Positions 26,839-37,072 of a stretch of 64,000 nt of DNA are shown piece after piece. This DNA is from an uncultured Candidatus Saccharibacteria bacterium (GTDB taxonomy: Bacteria; Patescibacteriota; Doudnabacteria; UBA920; O2-02-FULL-48-8), in assembly GCA_964605735.1 (NCBI GenBank), contig CAZSDS010000001.1:134771-198770 (forward strand), in the 5' to 3' direction. The notes beneath the pieces are model-generated. The model was not told the DNA's origin. It ran no database searches and saw only the letters and a program-made list of their open reading frames with translations. The translations under genes and the position numbers were made by a program. Every line of letters starts with the position of its first letter. Position 1 is the first letter of the stretch.

Positions 26839-29514
26839 ATGGGATTTTTCAGCAATTTATTCAGCGATTCAAATCAGCGCGTTATAGCCAAGCTTCAGGA
26901 ACGAGTTGATGAAATCAACGCGCTTGAGCCGGAATTTGAAAAGAAGTCACAAGAGGAGTTAAGGGAATTAACTGCTGTTTGGAAAAAAGAGCTGGCAGGT
27001 TTAGCCGCAGGAGAAGGATCCGACCCTGCCGGAGATTTGGAAAAAACTAAAGCGTATTTAGATCAGATTCTGCCTCAGGCATTTGCGGTTGTCCGTGAAG
27101 CTTCAAAGAGAACTTTGGGTCAGCGCCACTATGACGTGCAAATGATGGGTGGTATGGTTTTGCACCAGGGGTCAATCGCAGAAATGAGAACTGGTGAAGG
27201 TAAAACTTTGGTGGCAACTTTGCCAATGTATTTAAACGCCCTGACTGGGCGCGGTGTGCACCTTGTTACGGTAAACGATTACCTGGCGCGCTGGCAGGCT
27301 TCCTGGATGGGGCAAATTTATCATTACTTGGGAATCAGTGTTGCGTCCATTCAGCACCAGCAGGCTTTTCTCTATGACCCGACTTACCAGCCGGAAGAGG
27401 AAGAAATTAAAGCCGTTGAATCACAGGTGGAAGGTTTGGTTTTGGACGTAAAGAACATGCGGCCAGTGAACCGACGCCAGGCTTATGCGGCTGACATTAC
27501 GTACGGCACAAACAACGAATTTGGTTTTGATTATCTCCGCGACAACATGGTTTGGTCTAAAGACCAGATGGTCCAGCGCAGTGAGCCATATTTTGCCATC
27601 GTTGACGAAGTCGACTCTATTTTGATCGATGAAGCGCGTACGCCTTTGATCATTTCAGCGCCTGACACAGAGCCAACAGACAAATACTACGAGTTTGCAA
27701 AAGTTGTAAACAAACTGACCGAAGACGAAGACTACAACGTTGACGAAAAAAAGAAAGTTGCGACTTTAACAGAAGCTGGCATTGCCAAACTGGAACAGCT
27801 TTTGAATTTGAAAAATATTTACGACAAAGACGGAATCAATACTGTCCATCACATTGAGCAGGCTTTGCGGGCCAAGACTTTGTTTAAAAAGGACGTGAAC
27901 TATGTAGTGCGCAGCGGGGAAATCGTTATTGTTGACGAATTTACCGGACGATTGATGTTTGGCCGCCGCTACTCAGAAGGGTTGCACCAGGCTATTGAGG
28001 CTAAAGAAGGAGTGAAGATCCAGCAGGAAAGCAAAACTCTGGCCACCATCACTTTCCAGAACTTGTTCCGCTTGTACCATAAACTTGCTGGTATGACTGG
28101 TACTGCTGAAACCGAGGCTGAGGAATTCCATAAGATTTATAAGCTGGAAGTGGTCCAGATTCCAACCAACAAACCGATTCAGCGCCAGGATTTGCCTGAT
28201 CAGGTTTATAAGAGCGTGGAAGGGAAGTATCGGGCGGTGGCGCAGAAGGTCAAGGAACTGCACCAAATTGGCCGTCCGGTTTTGCTGGGTACTATTTCCA
28301 TTGAGAAGAATGAGCTGCTTTCAAATTTGCTGACGCAGGCTGGCGTGCCGCATGAGCTTTTGAACGCCAAAAACCATGAGCGTGAAGCGCAGATTATTTC
28401 CCAGGCCGGGCGTTTGGGAGCCGTAACTTTGGCCACCAACATTGCTGGACGTGGCGTGGACATTATTCTGGGCGGGAACCCTGCTGATCCGGAAGAGCAG
28501 GCTAAGGTTAAGGAGCTCGGTGGTTTGGCTGTGATTGGTACGGAGCGCCATGAATCGCGCCGCATTGACAACCAGTTGCGTGGACGTGCAGGACGTCAGG
28601 GGGATCCTGGATCCTCTCAATTCTTCCTGTCATTGGAAGATGATTTGATGCGCTTGTTTGGCGGTGACAGGGTTATAAGGATGATGAACATGGTGGGCAT
28701 GCCTGAAGACCAGCCAATTGAAGCTGGTTTGATTTCCAAAACCATTGAAGCGGCGCAGAGGAAAATTGAAGGCTTGAACTTTGATACCCGTAAGCACGTG
28801 CTTGAATATGACGATGTAATGAACAAGCAAAGAACCGTCATTTACAAAAAGCGCAGAGAGATTTTGGATAAGGCGGCGAGCGGCCAGGATTTGTCGGAAG
28901 AAGTCCTGGGCTTGGTGACAAAAGAAATTAAGGAGTTTGTTAATTTCCATTTTGCCCAGGAAGAGGTTGATTACAAAGAAATCTATCAGAACGCAGCGGC
29001 TATGATGCCTTTGCAGCCTGGTGATATGAAAGATGCCGGGGATGTCCAGCAAGTTGCTGAGCATTATATTTCGATTGCTGAACGCGAGTATGCGGCTAAA
29101 AAGAACCGGGTTGGGGCTGAGGTTATGGCGCAGATGGAGCGTATGGTTTATTTGCGGGCGATTGACATACTCTGGCAGCAGCATTTGGATACTATGGAGC
29201 ATTTGCGGGATTCTGTGAGATTGCGCGGGTATGGCCAGCGCGATCCATTACTTGAATTTAAAAACGAAGGATTCCAGCTGTTCCAGCGCTTGCTTGATGA
29301 GGTTAATGCCCAGGTGGCAAACATGATTTTCAAGATTGATGTCATGCAACAGCCCGCGCCAGTTGTTCCGGTGAATAATGAAATCCCTGCCGGAGAAGAA
29401 CCGGGAAGAAACGACCCATGCCCTTGTGGGTCAGGGAAGAAGTATAAACGCTGTGGATTGTTAAATACGGAAGAGCACCAAAAAAATCTTGTCAAAATGC
29501 AGGGTGGTGTTTAG
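26839..29514 (+). CDS. secA: Preprotein translocase SecA
   Basis: MRTGEGKT, DEVDSILIDEARTPL, RIDNQLRGRAGRQGDPG, GRNDPCPCGSGKKYK. Confidence 0.98.
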   Translation: MGFFSNLFSDSNQRVIAKLQERVDEINALEPEFEKKSQEELRELTAVWKKELAGLAAGEGSDPAGDLEKTKAYLDQILPQAFAVVREASKRTLGQRHYDVQMMGGMVLHQGSIAEMRTGEGKTLVATLPMYLNALTGRGVHLVTVNDYLARWQASWMGQIYHYLGISVASIQHQQAFLYDPTYQPEEEEIKAVESQVEGLVLDVKNMRPVNRRQAYAADITYGTNNEFGFDYLRDNMVWSKDQMVQRSEPYFAIVDEVDSILIDEARTPLIISAPDTEPTDKYYEFAKVVNKLTEDEDYNVDEKKKVATLTEAGIAKLEQLLNLKNIYDKDGINTVHHIEQALRAKTLFKKDVNYVVRSGEIVIVDEFTGRLMFGRRYSEGLHQAIEAKEGVKIQQESKTLATITFQNLFRLYHKLAGMTGTAETEAEEFHKIYKLEVVQIPTNKPIQRQDLPDQVYKSVEGKYRAVAQKVKELHQIGRPVLLGTISIEKNELLSNLLTQAGVPHELLNAKNHEREAQIISQAGRLGAVTLATNIAGRGVDIILGGNPADPEEQAKVKELGGLAVIGTERHESRRIDNQLRGRAGRQGDPGSSQFFLSLEDDLMRLFGGDRVIRMMNMVGMPEDQPIEAGLISKTIEAAQRKIEGLNFDTRKHVLEYDDVMNKQRTVIYKKRREILDKAASGQDLSEEVLGLVTKEIKEFVNFHFAQEEVDYKEIYQNAAAMMPLQPGDMKDAGDVQQVAEHYISIAEREYAAKKNRVGAEVMAQMERMVYLRAIDILWQQHLDTMEHLRDSVRLRGYGQRDPLLEFKNEGFQLFQRLLDEVNAQVANMIFKIDVMQQPAPVVPVNNEIPAGEEPGRNDPCPCGSGKKYKRCGLLNTEEHQKNLVKMQGGV

Positions 29515-29516
29515 GT

Positions 29517-30974
29517 ATGGAAATTCTCTGGTTAATTTTAATTGTACTTGCGGGCGGATATATTGCTAAGTGGTTGTTTAGCGTTGCCAAGAGTAGTGGT
29601 AAAACAATTTTATCAAATGAAGAGCTAGTTAAATATGGAATTGGAGCAAGAAGACAATCGCGGAAATTTTTAACAATTGAAAAACCAAATGTAAATTTCT
29701 CAGAGGAAACAAAAAAAGTTCTAAACTTATTGGAAAATACGACTTCTAACTTATTTATTACAGGCAGAGCTGGAACAGGGAAGTCTACGTTACTTAAATA
29801 TTTTCGTGCCACTACTAAAAAGAATTTGGTAGTATTAGCACCTACCGGAGTAGCTGCAGTTAATGTGCAGGGACAAACAATACATTCATTTTTTAAATTT
29901 GGACCGAATATTACACTTGATAAAGTGAGAAAGCGATATGGGGACGAAGCACAAGTTTATAAGAAACTTGAAACCTTAATCATTGATGAAATTTCAATGG
30001 TCAGGGCTGACTTATTCGACTGCTTACAAAAATTTTTATTTTTAAACGGACCGAAGCCTTTTACTCCATTTGGAGGAGTACAGACTGTTGTATTCGGTGA
30101 TCTCTACCAATTACCACCAGTTGTAAAAGAAGAAGAAAAATATATTTTTAATAATCATTATAAAGGACCTTATTTTTTTAACTCTTTATGCTATTCTCAG
30201 GCTAAATTCAAAATCGTTGAATTAACACATGTTTACCGCCAATCTGATGAAGATTTTATTGAAATTTTGGATTCAATTCGGCTAAACCAAGCAAAACAAC
30301 ATCACTTAGATAGGATAAACCAGTGTTTTATTGAGGGATATGAATTGCCAAAAGAAGATTATGTTATTTCACTCGTTACAACAAATAATTCAGCTAGGCA
30401 AATTAATCAGAATAAATTAGATGCTTTGCCTGGTCAAAGTAAATTGTATAGAGCAAAAATAACCGGTGAATTTAAAGATACCAACTTGCCTACAGAAAAT
30501 GAACTATATTTAAAACCTGGTGCCCAAGTCATGTTGCTTAATAATGATTCCAAAAATCGTTGGGTCAATGGCGATGTTGCTAAAGTTATAAGTCTTTCAG
30601 AAGATTCCATTAGAGTTTTGTTTGAAGACAAAACGTTTGATGATATTTCCCTAAACACTTGGGAGATGTCAAGATTTGTTTTTGATGAAGAAGCAAGGAG
30701 AATCAGGTCTGAAGTTATCGGATCATTTACTCAGTTGCCTATAAAATTAGCTTGGGCAGTCACAATTCATAAATCACAGGGCAAAACTTTCGATAAAGCA
30801 GTACTTGACTTCGGATCAGGTAGTTTTGCCACAGGTCAAACTTATGTTGCATTAAGCAGATGCAGGTCACTGTCAGGGTTAGTTTTAAGAACTCCAATTG
30901 CGGAACAGGATATTTTTATAGATAAAAAAGTAGTAGAATATATGTCTGATAATTCAAGCAGAATTAAGGTATAG
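29517..30974 (+). CDS. PIF1/RecD-like SF1B helicase with N-terminal TM
   Basis: GRAGTGKS, IIDEISM, GDLYQLPP, LAWAVTIHKSQG, YVALSR. Confidence 0.9.
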   Translation: MEILWLILIVLAGGYIAKWLFSVAKSSGKTILSNEELVKYGIGARRQSRKFLTIEKPNVNFSEETKKVLNLLENTTSNLFITGRAGTGKSTLLKYFRATTKKNLVVLAPTGVAAVNVQGQTIHSFFKFGPNITLDKVRKRYGDEAQVYKKLETLIIDEISMVRADLFDCLQKFLFLNGPKPFTPFGGVQTVVFGDLYQLPPVVKEEEKYIFNNHYKGPYFFNSLCYSQAKFKIVELTHVYRQSDEDFIEILDSIRLNQAKQHHLDRINQCFIEGYELPKEDYVISLVTTNNSARQINQNKLDALPGQSKLYRAKITGEFKDTNLPTENELYLKPGAQVMLLNNDSKNRWVNGDVAKVISLSEDSIRVLFEDKTFDDISLNTWEMSRFVFDEEARRIRSEVIGSFTQLPIKLAWAVTIHKSQGKTFDKAVLDFGSGSFATGQTYVALSRCRSLSGLVLRTPIAEQDIFIDKKVVEYMSDNSSRIKV

Positions 30975-31182
30975 CAATTAGACTAAAATTTGACTTTTTA
31001 GAAAAAGCGATGTATAAAAAATAAAAAACTATTTACACATTGGAATAAGATTAAAGTTAAATAAAAATATTTATTGCTCGTAGTAAACAAAATCCGCGTT
31101 GACAAGCGCGGGTCTTTGTTTTATATTTGAGACAAGGCGGCGTTTGCCGCTATTTTAATTCTAGCAATAAAGGAGCTAAATT

Positions 31183-31392
31183 ATGGCAAAAAGCGTAAAA
31201 GTAACAAAAGAAAGTGATTCGGGAAGAAATCAAGAATTTATTGATACGAAGTCAGGGCGACATATGGGCAGATCTGACTTTGTGAAGAAGATTGAGGAAG
31301 GAAACTATGACGATTACCATGTTCGGAGGATTAATGGCGTGAAAACTCCAGTTTCTAATCCTGATCATAGCGAAGGAAATAATCTAGACTAA
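31183..31392 (+). CDS. Small DUF3892-like protein
   Basis: AAGGAG SD; C-terminal SNPD..EGNNLD. Confidence 0.6.
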   Translation: MAKSVKVTKESDSGRNQEFIDTKSGRHMGRSDFVKKIEEGNYDDYHVRRINGVKTPVSNPDHSEGNNLD

Positions 31393-31398
31393 TTATTT

Positions 31399-32106
31399 AT
31401 GTCTAAACTAATTTTTGACATAGAAACAGTTGGCGAAAATTTTGATGAACTTGATGAAACCACTCAGGGTGTTTTGACGCGATGGATCAAACAAGATTCC
31501 GAAACTGAAAATGAGTATTTAAGAGCATTAGAAAATCTAAAGAATGGACTCGGGTTTTCCCCTTTAACGGGTGAAATAGTTGCAATTGGTGTATTTGACC
31601 CCGATAAAAATCAAGGAGGTGTTTATTTTCAGGCTCCAGAACAATACATTGCAGACTTTGAAGAAAATGGAATCAAATATAAGCAAATGAATGAAAAAGA
31701 AATGCTTGAAAAATTTTGGGAGATATCTTCAAAGTACCAAGAATTTATAAGTTTTAATGGGAGAGGATTTGATGCACCATTTTTAGCAATCCGATCAGCA
31801 ATCCATAAAATTAAGCCGGCCAAAGATCTTATGGATGGAAGGTATTTGTATCAGCAGAAGAAAGTAACACATATTGATCTGCAGGACCAGCTTTGTTTTT
31901 ATGGATCCGTGCGCCGTAAGGGGAGTTTGCATCTATTCACTCGTGCTTTTGGTATTAAAAGTCCCAAGTCAGAAGGAATATCAGGAGATGATGTTGGTAG
32001 ATTATTTCAAGAAAAAAAATTTGTAGAAATTGCGAAATATAATGCAGGTGACTTATTCGCAACAAAAGAACTTTATGATTATTGGAATAATTACTTAAGA
32101 TTATAG
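31399..32106 (+). CDS. DEDD 3'-5' exonuclease (PolB-exo/RNase H-like)
   Basis: FDIET, FNGRGFDAP, YNAGD. Confidence 0.85.
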   Translation: MSKLIFDIETVGENFDELDETTQGVLTRWIKQDSETENEYLRALENLKNGLGFSPLTGEIVAIGVFDPDKNQGGVYFQAPEQYIADFEENGIKYKQMNEKEMLEKFWEISSKYQEFISFNGRGFDAPFLAIRSAIHKIKPAKDLMDGRYLYQQKKVTHIDLQDQLCFYGSVRRKGSLHLFTRAFGIKSPKSEGISGDDVGRLFQEKKFVEIAKYNAGDLFATKELYDYWNNYLRL

Positions 32107-32315
32107 TTGAATATTAGAGCATAAAACTTGTCGTTGCCAAGTTGACGTTTGTTTACTGTGGAGGTAACATCCAGACAGTTCATTCAAATTAAATAATTTT
32201 ATAATATTTTCTGTACCAAGATAGTGTTCTTAAAAGCATAAACCTCTTAATTATTCGGTCTTTGTATTCCCTAGTCGGCAACAAATTACAGAAGTGTGCC
32301 ATTTTTGGATACAGA

Positions 32316-32498
32316 TCAGCAAATACCAGAGGTATAAAAAATAGGCCTACCTTGCGGTAAGCCCCAGTTCCTTGCCCTCTTGATGTTCTTCTTGTGCTCT
32401 TCGTTCGTGATGCATTCGCATTCACCTGCGAGGCGCGCTGCCAGATGCGCATCTCGAATTGCGACTGCGAGCCTGCTCATATCGAGCTTCTTTTTCAT
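32316..32498 (-). CDS. Small ORFan
   Basis: GGGGGA SD; ATGA-coupled to upstream ORF. Confidence 0.45.
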   Translation of the reverse strand: MKKKLDMSRLAVAIRDAHLAARLAGECECITNEEHKKNIKRARNWGLPQGRPIFYTSGIC

Positions 32499-32725
32499 AA
32501 ATCCCCCTGATGACACAAGGCCTCGCGAAGAAGCTGGTAAGTAGTTTTCCGTTGTAACATTCCCACGATCTGAAAACTGAGTTGCAGTTCACGTGGAGTG
32601 CTTCCGGCCAACTTGGCCAAGCTTCGCCAGGTGGTCAAAAAGTCTCCGTTTTTGAAGCCTTCCTGTGCTGCAAGGTACAGCTTGATTCTGCGACTGGTTC
32701 GCCACTTACGTATTACTCTAAACAC
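32495..32725 (-). CDS. Small ORFan, TPR-like helical (GTG start)
   Basis: AGGAGGTG SD; TTGACT-17-TAGAAT promoter. Confidence 0.5.
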   Translation of the reverse strand: MFRVIRKWRTSRRIKLYLAAQEGFKNGDFLTTWRSLAKLAGSTPRELQLSFQIVGMLQRKTTYQLLREALCHQGDL

Positions 32726-32786
32726 ATTCCACCTCCTTTGACCGTGCATTCTATCTCAAAAAGGCAGGAAAGTCAACCCTAAATAT

Positions 32787-33239
32787 ATGAACTATTTTCT
32801 TATGAAATCTGAGCCTGAGAGTTATTCCATAGACGACTTTCAGCGCGACAAAGAAACAATCTGGACCAGCATCCGCAATTACCGCGCGCGCAATATCATG
32901 CGTGACGAAATGAAACCAGGTGATTTGTTTTTGTTCTACCATTCCATGGCAAAAGACAATGGCGTGGTCGGCATTGGGAAAATCGTAAAAAATAATTTGC
33001 CGGACGAAACTGCTCTTGATAAGAATGACGAGTACTATGACCCAAGAGCCACCAAGGATAAAAACCCCTGGATTGCCCCCAAGGTTAAGTTCGTCAAAAA
33101 GCTTAAGCGAGCCGTAACTTTGGAAGAAATAAAAAAGGACAAGCGTTTCAAAGACATGGTCCTGGTGAAAATCCCAAGACTTTCAGTCCAACCAGTTTCC
33201 AAAAAGCACTTTGACGCAATCGTACAACTAGCTTCTTAA
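32787..33239 (+). CDS. EVE domain protein
   Basis: YFLMKSEP, W..IRNYRARN, FYHS, RLSVQPV. Confidence 0.92.
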   Translation: MNYFLMKSEPESYSIDDFQRDKETIWTSIRNYRARNIMRDEMKPGDLFLFYHSMAKDNGVVGIGKIVKNNLPDETALDKNDEYYDPRATKDKNPWIAPKVKFVKKLKRAVTLEEIKKDKRFKDMVLVKIPRLSVQPVSKKHFDAIVQLAS

Positions 33240-33291
33240 TTGCGCCTTTGATTTTTCTTTGCTAACCTGAGCAAAAGAACAGGAGGCGTGT

Positions 33292-33576
33292 ATGAACAGG
33301 AAGCACGCAAAACTTCGTCTGCTTGTCCTGATCTCAGTCTTGCTGAGTTTTGGCCAGGCACCGGTCCACAGGGACGAGTCGCTCACTGTCTCGGCAACCC
33401 TAAGGAGAAGCAATCATCATCTGGAAACTGACTACTTTTACTTTGGCGAATATGGGTCGTTCCACGCCCGGCGCGGGACTGACCTGTACAGGTGGATGGA
33501 ACTGCATCAGGACAACGAGGTCATGCTGACCGTGAAGAAGAAAGGCCAACGAGAGCTGTCTTGGCTTATTAAATAA
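33292..33576 (+). CDS. ORFan, putative secreted protein
   Basis: AGGAGG SD; signal-like N-terminus; terminator ~33615-33645. Confidence 0.55.
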   Translation: MNRKHAKLRLLVLISVLLSFGQAPVHRDESLTVSATLRRSNHHLETDYFYFGEYGSFHARRGTDLYRWMELHQDNEVMLTVKKKGQRELSWLIK

Positions 33577-33720
33577 AGTTCTTGCGAACACGCACTTAGT
33601 GCGAACATATTACTAAGTCTGATCCAAACGATCAGACTTTTTCTTTAAGCATTTGCGGAAGGCCATGCCACTGCATTATGATACATATGTTTGCTGACCC
33701 AATAGTAAATTCTCCAAAAC

Positions 33721-34275
33721 ATGATGAAAGAAAAAGCCTTGAGTGAAATAGCGGCGGAAATAGCCAGATGCCGGACCTGTAAAAAAGACAAAATCGGTTT
33801 GCCTGTGCCGGGAGAGGGGAGCGCTGACGCCAAAATCGTTTTTCTTGGGGAAGCTCCGGGAAAAAAGGAGGCGCAAACCGGCAAACCCTTTATTGGCCCG
33901 GCTGGGAAAGTCCTTCACCGGCTTTTAGCTCAAGCCGGCATCAGGGGCAGTGAAGTCTTCATCACCAGTCCTGTTAAATATTTGCCAAAACACGTAACCC
34001 CTACGCTGGAAGAAATCAGGCATGGTAGAAAACATTTGGATAAACAACTGGCTGTCATCAAGCCTAAGCTAATAGTTTTGATGGGACGGGTGGCTTGCCA
34101 GGCAATTTTGGAAAGAGACTATTCGCCGGCCCTTGATCATGGTAAAATTATCAAGTCAGATGGTGTCAGCTATTTTTTAACGTACCACCCAGCCGCATCA
34201 TTGCACAATCCAAATTTAAGAACAGTAATTGCAGCTGATTTCAAGAAGCTCAAGAAACTAATAGCCAATTTATGA
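33721..34275 (+). CDS. Uracil-DNA glycosylase family 4
   Basis: GEAPG..E..G.PFIG.AG, YHPAA. Confidence 0.88.
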   Translation: MMKEKALSEIAAEIARCRTCKKDKIGLPVPGEGSADAKIVFLGEAPGKKEAQTGKPFIGPAGKVLHRLLAQAGIRGSEVFITSPVKYLPKHVTPTLEEIRHGRKHLDKQLAVIKPKLIVLMGRVACQAILERDYSPALDHGKIIKSDGVSYFLTYHPAASLHNPNLRTVIAADFKKLKKLIANL

Positions 34276-34916
34276 TCCATGATTTAATAGAGCTGTACCA
34301 TAAGTTAACCAACCCTGATGAGTTGTCCCTGCTTATGGATACGGTTCTGTCGGGCTGGTGGATTTATGTGGTCATGGTTGCCATCATTTTTTCCGAGAAC
34401 GCCTTTCTGGTTGGGTTTGTCCTGCCTGGGGATTCTTTGCTGTTTACCCTGGGCGTCCTTGCCGGAGCTGGAAGAATCAATCTTTACGTTTTACTGCTTA
34501 TTTTAATGGCGGCGGCCATTTTAGGGGATAGTACAGGATATTATTTGGGTAAGAAGACCGGGCCCAAAATCTTCAGCCGCCCGGACTCCAAACTTTTTAA
34601 ACAAGAGTATGTCCGCCGGACACAGAAATTTTTTGAAAAGTATGGCGGGAAAGCCGTGATGATCGCCCGCTTTTTGCCTGTCATTAGAAGTTTTACTCCA
34701 TTTATGGCCGGGGTAGGCAACATGCATTATTCAACTTTTTTGGTGTACAACGTCATTGGCAGTGTCACATGGGTTTGTTTGTTTACGATTCTTGGCTATA
34801 CCCTTGGTAATGTCCCGATTGTTGCCAATAATTTTGAGAAAGCGGTTTTGCTGATTATAGTTTTGTCTTTCATGCCGCCGATCATCGAGTACATCAAACA
34901 CCGCCGCAGTAAGTAG
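34272..34916 (+). CDS. DedA/VTT membrane protein
   Basis: LPGDSLLF, GD..GY..G, ARFLPVIR. Confidence 0.9.
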   Translation: MIHDLIELYHKLTNPDELSLLMDTVLSGWWIYVVMVAIIFSENAFLVGFVLPGDSLLFTLGVLAGAGRINLYVLLLILMAAAILGDSTGYYLGKKTGPKIFSRPDSKLFKQEYVRRTQKFFEKYGGKAVMIARFLPVIRSFTPFMAGVGNMHYSTFLVYNVIGSVTWVCLFTILGYTLGNVPIVANNFEKAVLLIIVLSFMPPIIEYIKHRRSK

Positions 34917-34956
34917 ATACAAAAACTCCCGCCTAAGCGGGAGTTTTTTCTGTTCG

Positions 34957-36612
34957 CTAACGGGAGTTTATTTCTGCTGCGTTGTTGTCGATCAGTTCAA
35001 GTGTTGTTGGATTCCCCGTGTAATTGATCCGGCTGGCACCTGACGCCGTTGCCCGCAGGCTTTCCAATACCTGCAAGTCAGCCCTTGAAGAGTTGTACGC
35101 CTGGATTGTCGCGGCTCTGGTCCTGAAATTTTCTGCATCCAGTCTGCTAGCATTGCTCAGCTCAGCATTCATCTGATCCGCAGACCCGTTTAAGGTAATG
35201 CGTGCAGCCGAGCCCAAATCCAACCCCAAGACCTGCACTGAACCATCAAACTTAATCCGTGATGCGCCGTGTGCTTCAAGATTCAACCTTGGAACATTGC
35301 TAAAGCCCAAAATTTCCACGTTGCTTGCGTTATTTGCGTCCACGGTTTCCAGAACAGGAGTGGTAATTTCGACTGTTACCGGTCTGGTGATGCAGAACAA
35401 ACAAATTCGGAAATCGTCATCCTCTTCTGAAATAACCAGGGCATTATCAATCACTTCCATGCGTACGCGGTTCAGTTTGTTTTGTTCGCCATAGGCCACC
35501 ACTCGGGTTGTGCTGCCGTGAACAATTTTAACCTGGTGGTCGCGTTCCGTTTCAATCGAATCAAATCCGCTGACCTGAAATTCTTTGGACTGGTTTGGCC
35601 GTTCTTCAATGCTTTTTACTGCTGCTTGGACTTGCGGCGCGGAATCAACTGCTAAAAACCCGAATGTAAGCGCGCTGGAAAGCCAAAGAATGGAGAAAAC
35701 AGCAATTAATGTTCCGGTAAATACGCTCTTTCTGCGCACAAAAGTGATTCCTAAAAGTAATGCCACGATCACCGGGATGATGGCGGAAATATAACCGGAA
35801 ATGACCAACATAACGTATTGCCCGCCGTTGAAAACCTGCGCTATTGCCGGATCCACATAAGTGGAATCAGGGTTGAACAGCATGACGATCATCAGCAGGG
35901 TAAAGGCAAACAGACAGACAAACGCCACGGCAGTCATAACCAGACCAATAATGCTTAAGATAATCGGGATAAGCGCACGGATAAATCTTCCCAAAAGGTA
36001 AAACAGTTCGCGGAAGAAAAAGGCTATGACGCTAAAATTTTTTTTTCTGTCGGAATTTTCCTTGTGGCTTTCTTCGAGGTTGGCAACTGTGACAGGATTG
36101 CCTTTCATCTCCAGTTTTTCGGCGCCGGATTTTGCTTCAGGGACGATAATCCAGAGAATTATATAAAGCAGGATTCCGGATCCGCCGGCCAAAGTTATTG
36201 CAACAAAGAACAGGCGTGGAAGAATGGGATCAATGTGAAAGTAACTGGCAATGCCGCCGGCCACGCCTGCGATAATCAGGTCATCCGGGTTCCGGTAAAG
36301 CCTGCGGCTTGATCCTGGTGATTCCGTTTTCTGAGTTGCGCCTTTGTCGCCGGTAAGGTCCTCCACCGAACCCATGGTTTTTATAACCTCTTCAACCTCG
36401 CTCAAATTCACGGATTCTTTTTTTCGGTCAGTAACTTTACCGCTGAATTGTTCGGCAATTCGGCTTTCAATGTCGCTGATGACCTCTCCGCCGTATTCAA
36501 CAGTGTCGAAGTGGCGCTTCAATCCGTCCAAATAGTTTTTCAGCCGATCGTAGGCATCTTCCTCTATGTTGAAAACCAGACCGTTGAGTGTGATGCTTAT
36601 GGTTTTTTTCAT
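34957..36612 (-). CDS. PspC-domain membrane protein with DUF2807/GIN-like C-terminus
   Basis: MKKTISITL, DIESRIAE, RRLYRNPDD..IAGVAGG, ASGAS repeats. Confidence 0.85.
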   Translation of the reverse strand: MKKTISITLNGLVFNIEEDAYDRLKNYLDGLKRHFDTVEYGGEVISDIESRIAEQFSGKVTDRKKESVNLSEVEEVIKTMGSVEDLTGDKGATQKTESPGSSRRLYRNPDDLIIAGVAGGIASYFHIDPILPRLFFVAITLAGGSGILLYIILWIIVPEAKSGAEKLEMKGNPVTVANLEESHKENSDRKKNFSVIAFFFRELFYLLGRFIRALIPIILSIIGLVMTAVAFVCLFAFTLLMIVMLFNPDSTYVDPAIAQVFNGGQYVMLVISGYISAIIPVIVALLLGITFVRRKSVFTGTLIAVFSILWLSSALTFGFLAVDSAPQVQAAVKSIEERPNQSKEFQVSGFDSIETERDHQVKIVHGSTTRVVAYGEQNKLNRVRMEVIDNALVISEEDDDFRICLFCITRPVTVEITTPVLETVDANNASNVEILGFSNVPRLNLEAHGASRIKFDGSVQVLGLDLGSAARITLNGSADQMNAELSNASRLDAENFRTRAATIQAYNSSRADLQVLESLRATASGASRINYTGNPTTLELIDNNAAEINSR

Positions 36613-36956
36613 AACTGATTGATTAATGATTTAATGGATTTATTCAATGTTTCGTAATTCTTTGCCAGTTCCTGGAGCACTCCTTTGCCCTTGTCCGTAA
36701 GCCGGTAGTATTTGCGCGGCGGTCCTTCCCTGGATTCGACCCAATTGTAGCTGACCAATCCGGATTCCTTTAGCCTGGAAAGAAGGGGATATAAAGTCCC
36801 TTCCACAACCAGCAGGTCGAATTCACGCAATTTGTTGAGAATGTCAGTGGCGTAAAGCTCGTCTTTGGCAATACTGAGGAGGACGGAGAATTCCAGAACA
36901 CCTTTCCGAAACTGCGCTTTTGCGTTTTCTATGTAGTTTTCTGGGTCTTTGTTCAT
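36609..36956 (-). CDS. PadR family transcriptional regulator
   Basis: RKGVLE, EGTLYPLLSRL, GPPRKYYRLT. Confidence 0.92.
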   Translation of the reverse strand: MNKDPENYIENAKAQFRKGVLEFSVLLSIAKDELYATDILNKLREFDLLVVEGTLYPLLSRLKESGLVSYNWVESREGPPRKYYRLTDKGKGVLQELAKNYETLNKSIKSLINQL

Positions 36957-36996
36957 ATTAGTGTAATTAACGGTTCCGTGTATATTATATATCAAC

Positions 36997-37019
36997 AGTA
37001 CCTTCTTATGCAAGGTACT
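36997..37019. promoter_or_regulatory. Candidate PadR operator
   Basis: Perfect inverted repeat AGTACCTT-N7-AAGGTACT upstream of padR. Confidence 0.6.
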
Positions 37020-37072
37020 AAATGTGGATAAAGAGTTTTGAGCTAAATCCCGCTTCCAGCTATCATAAACCT

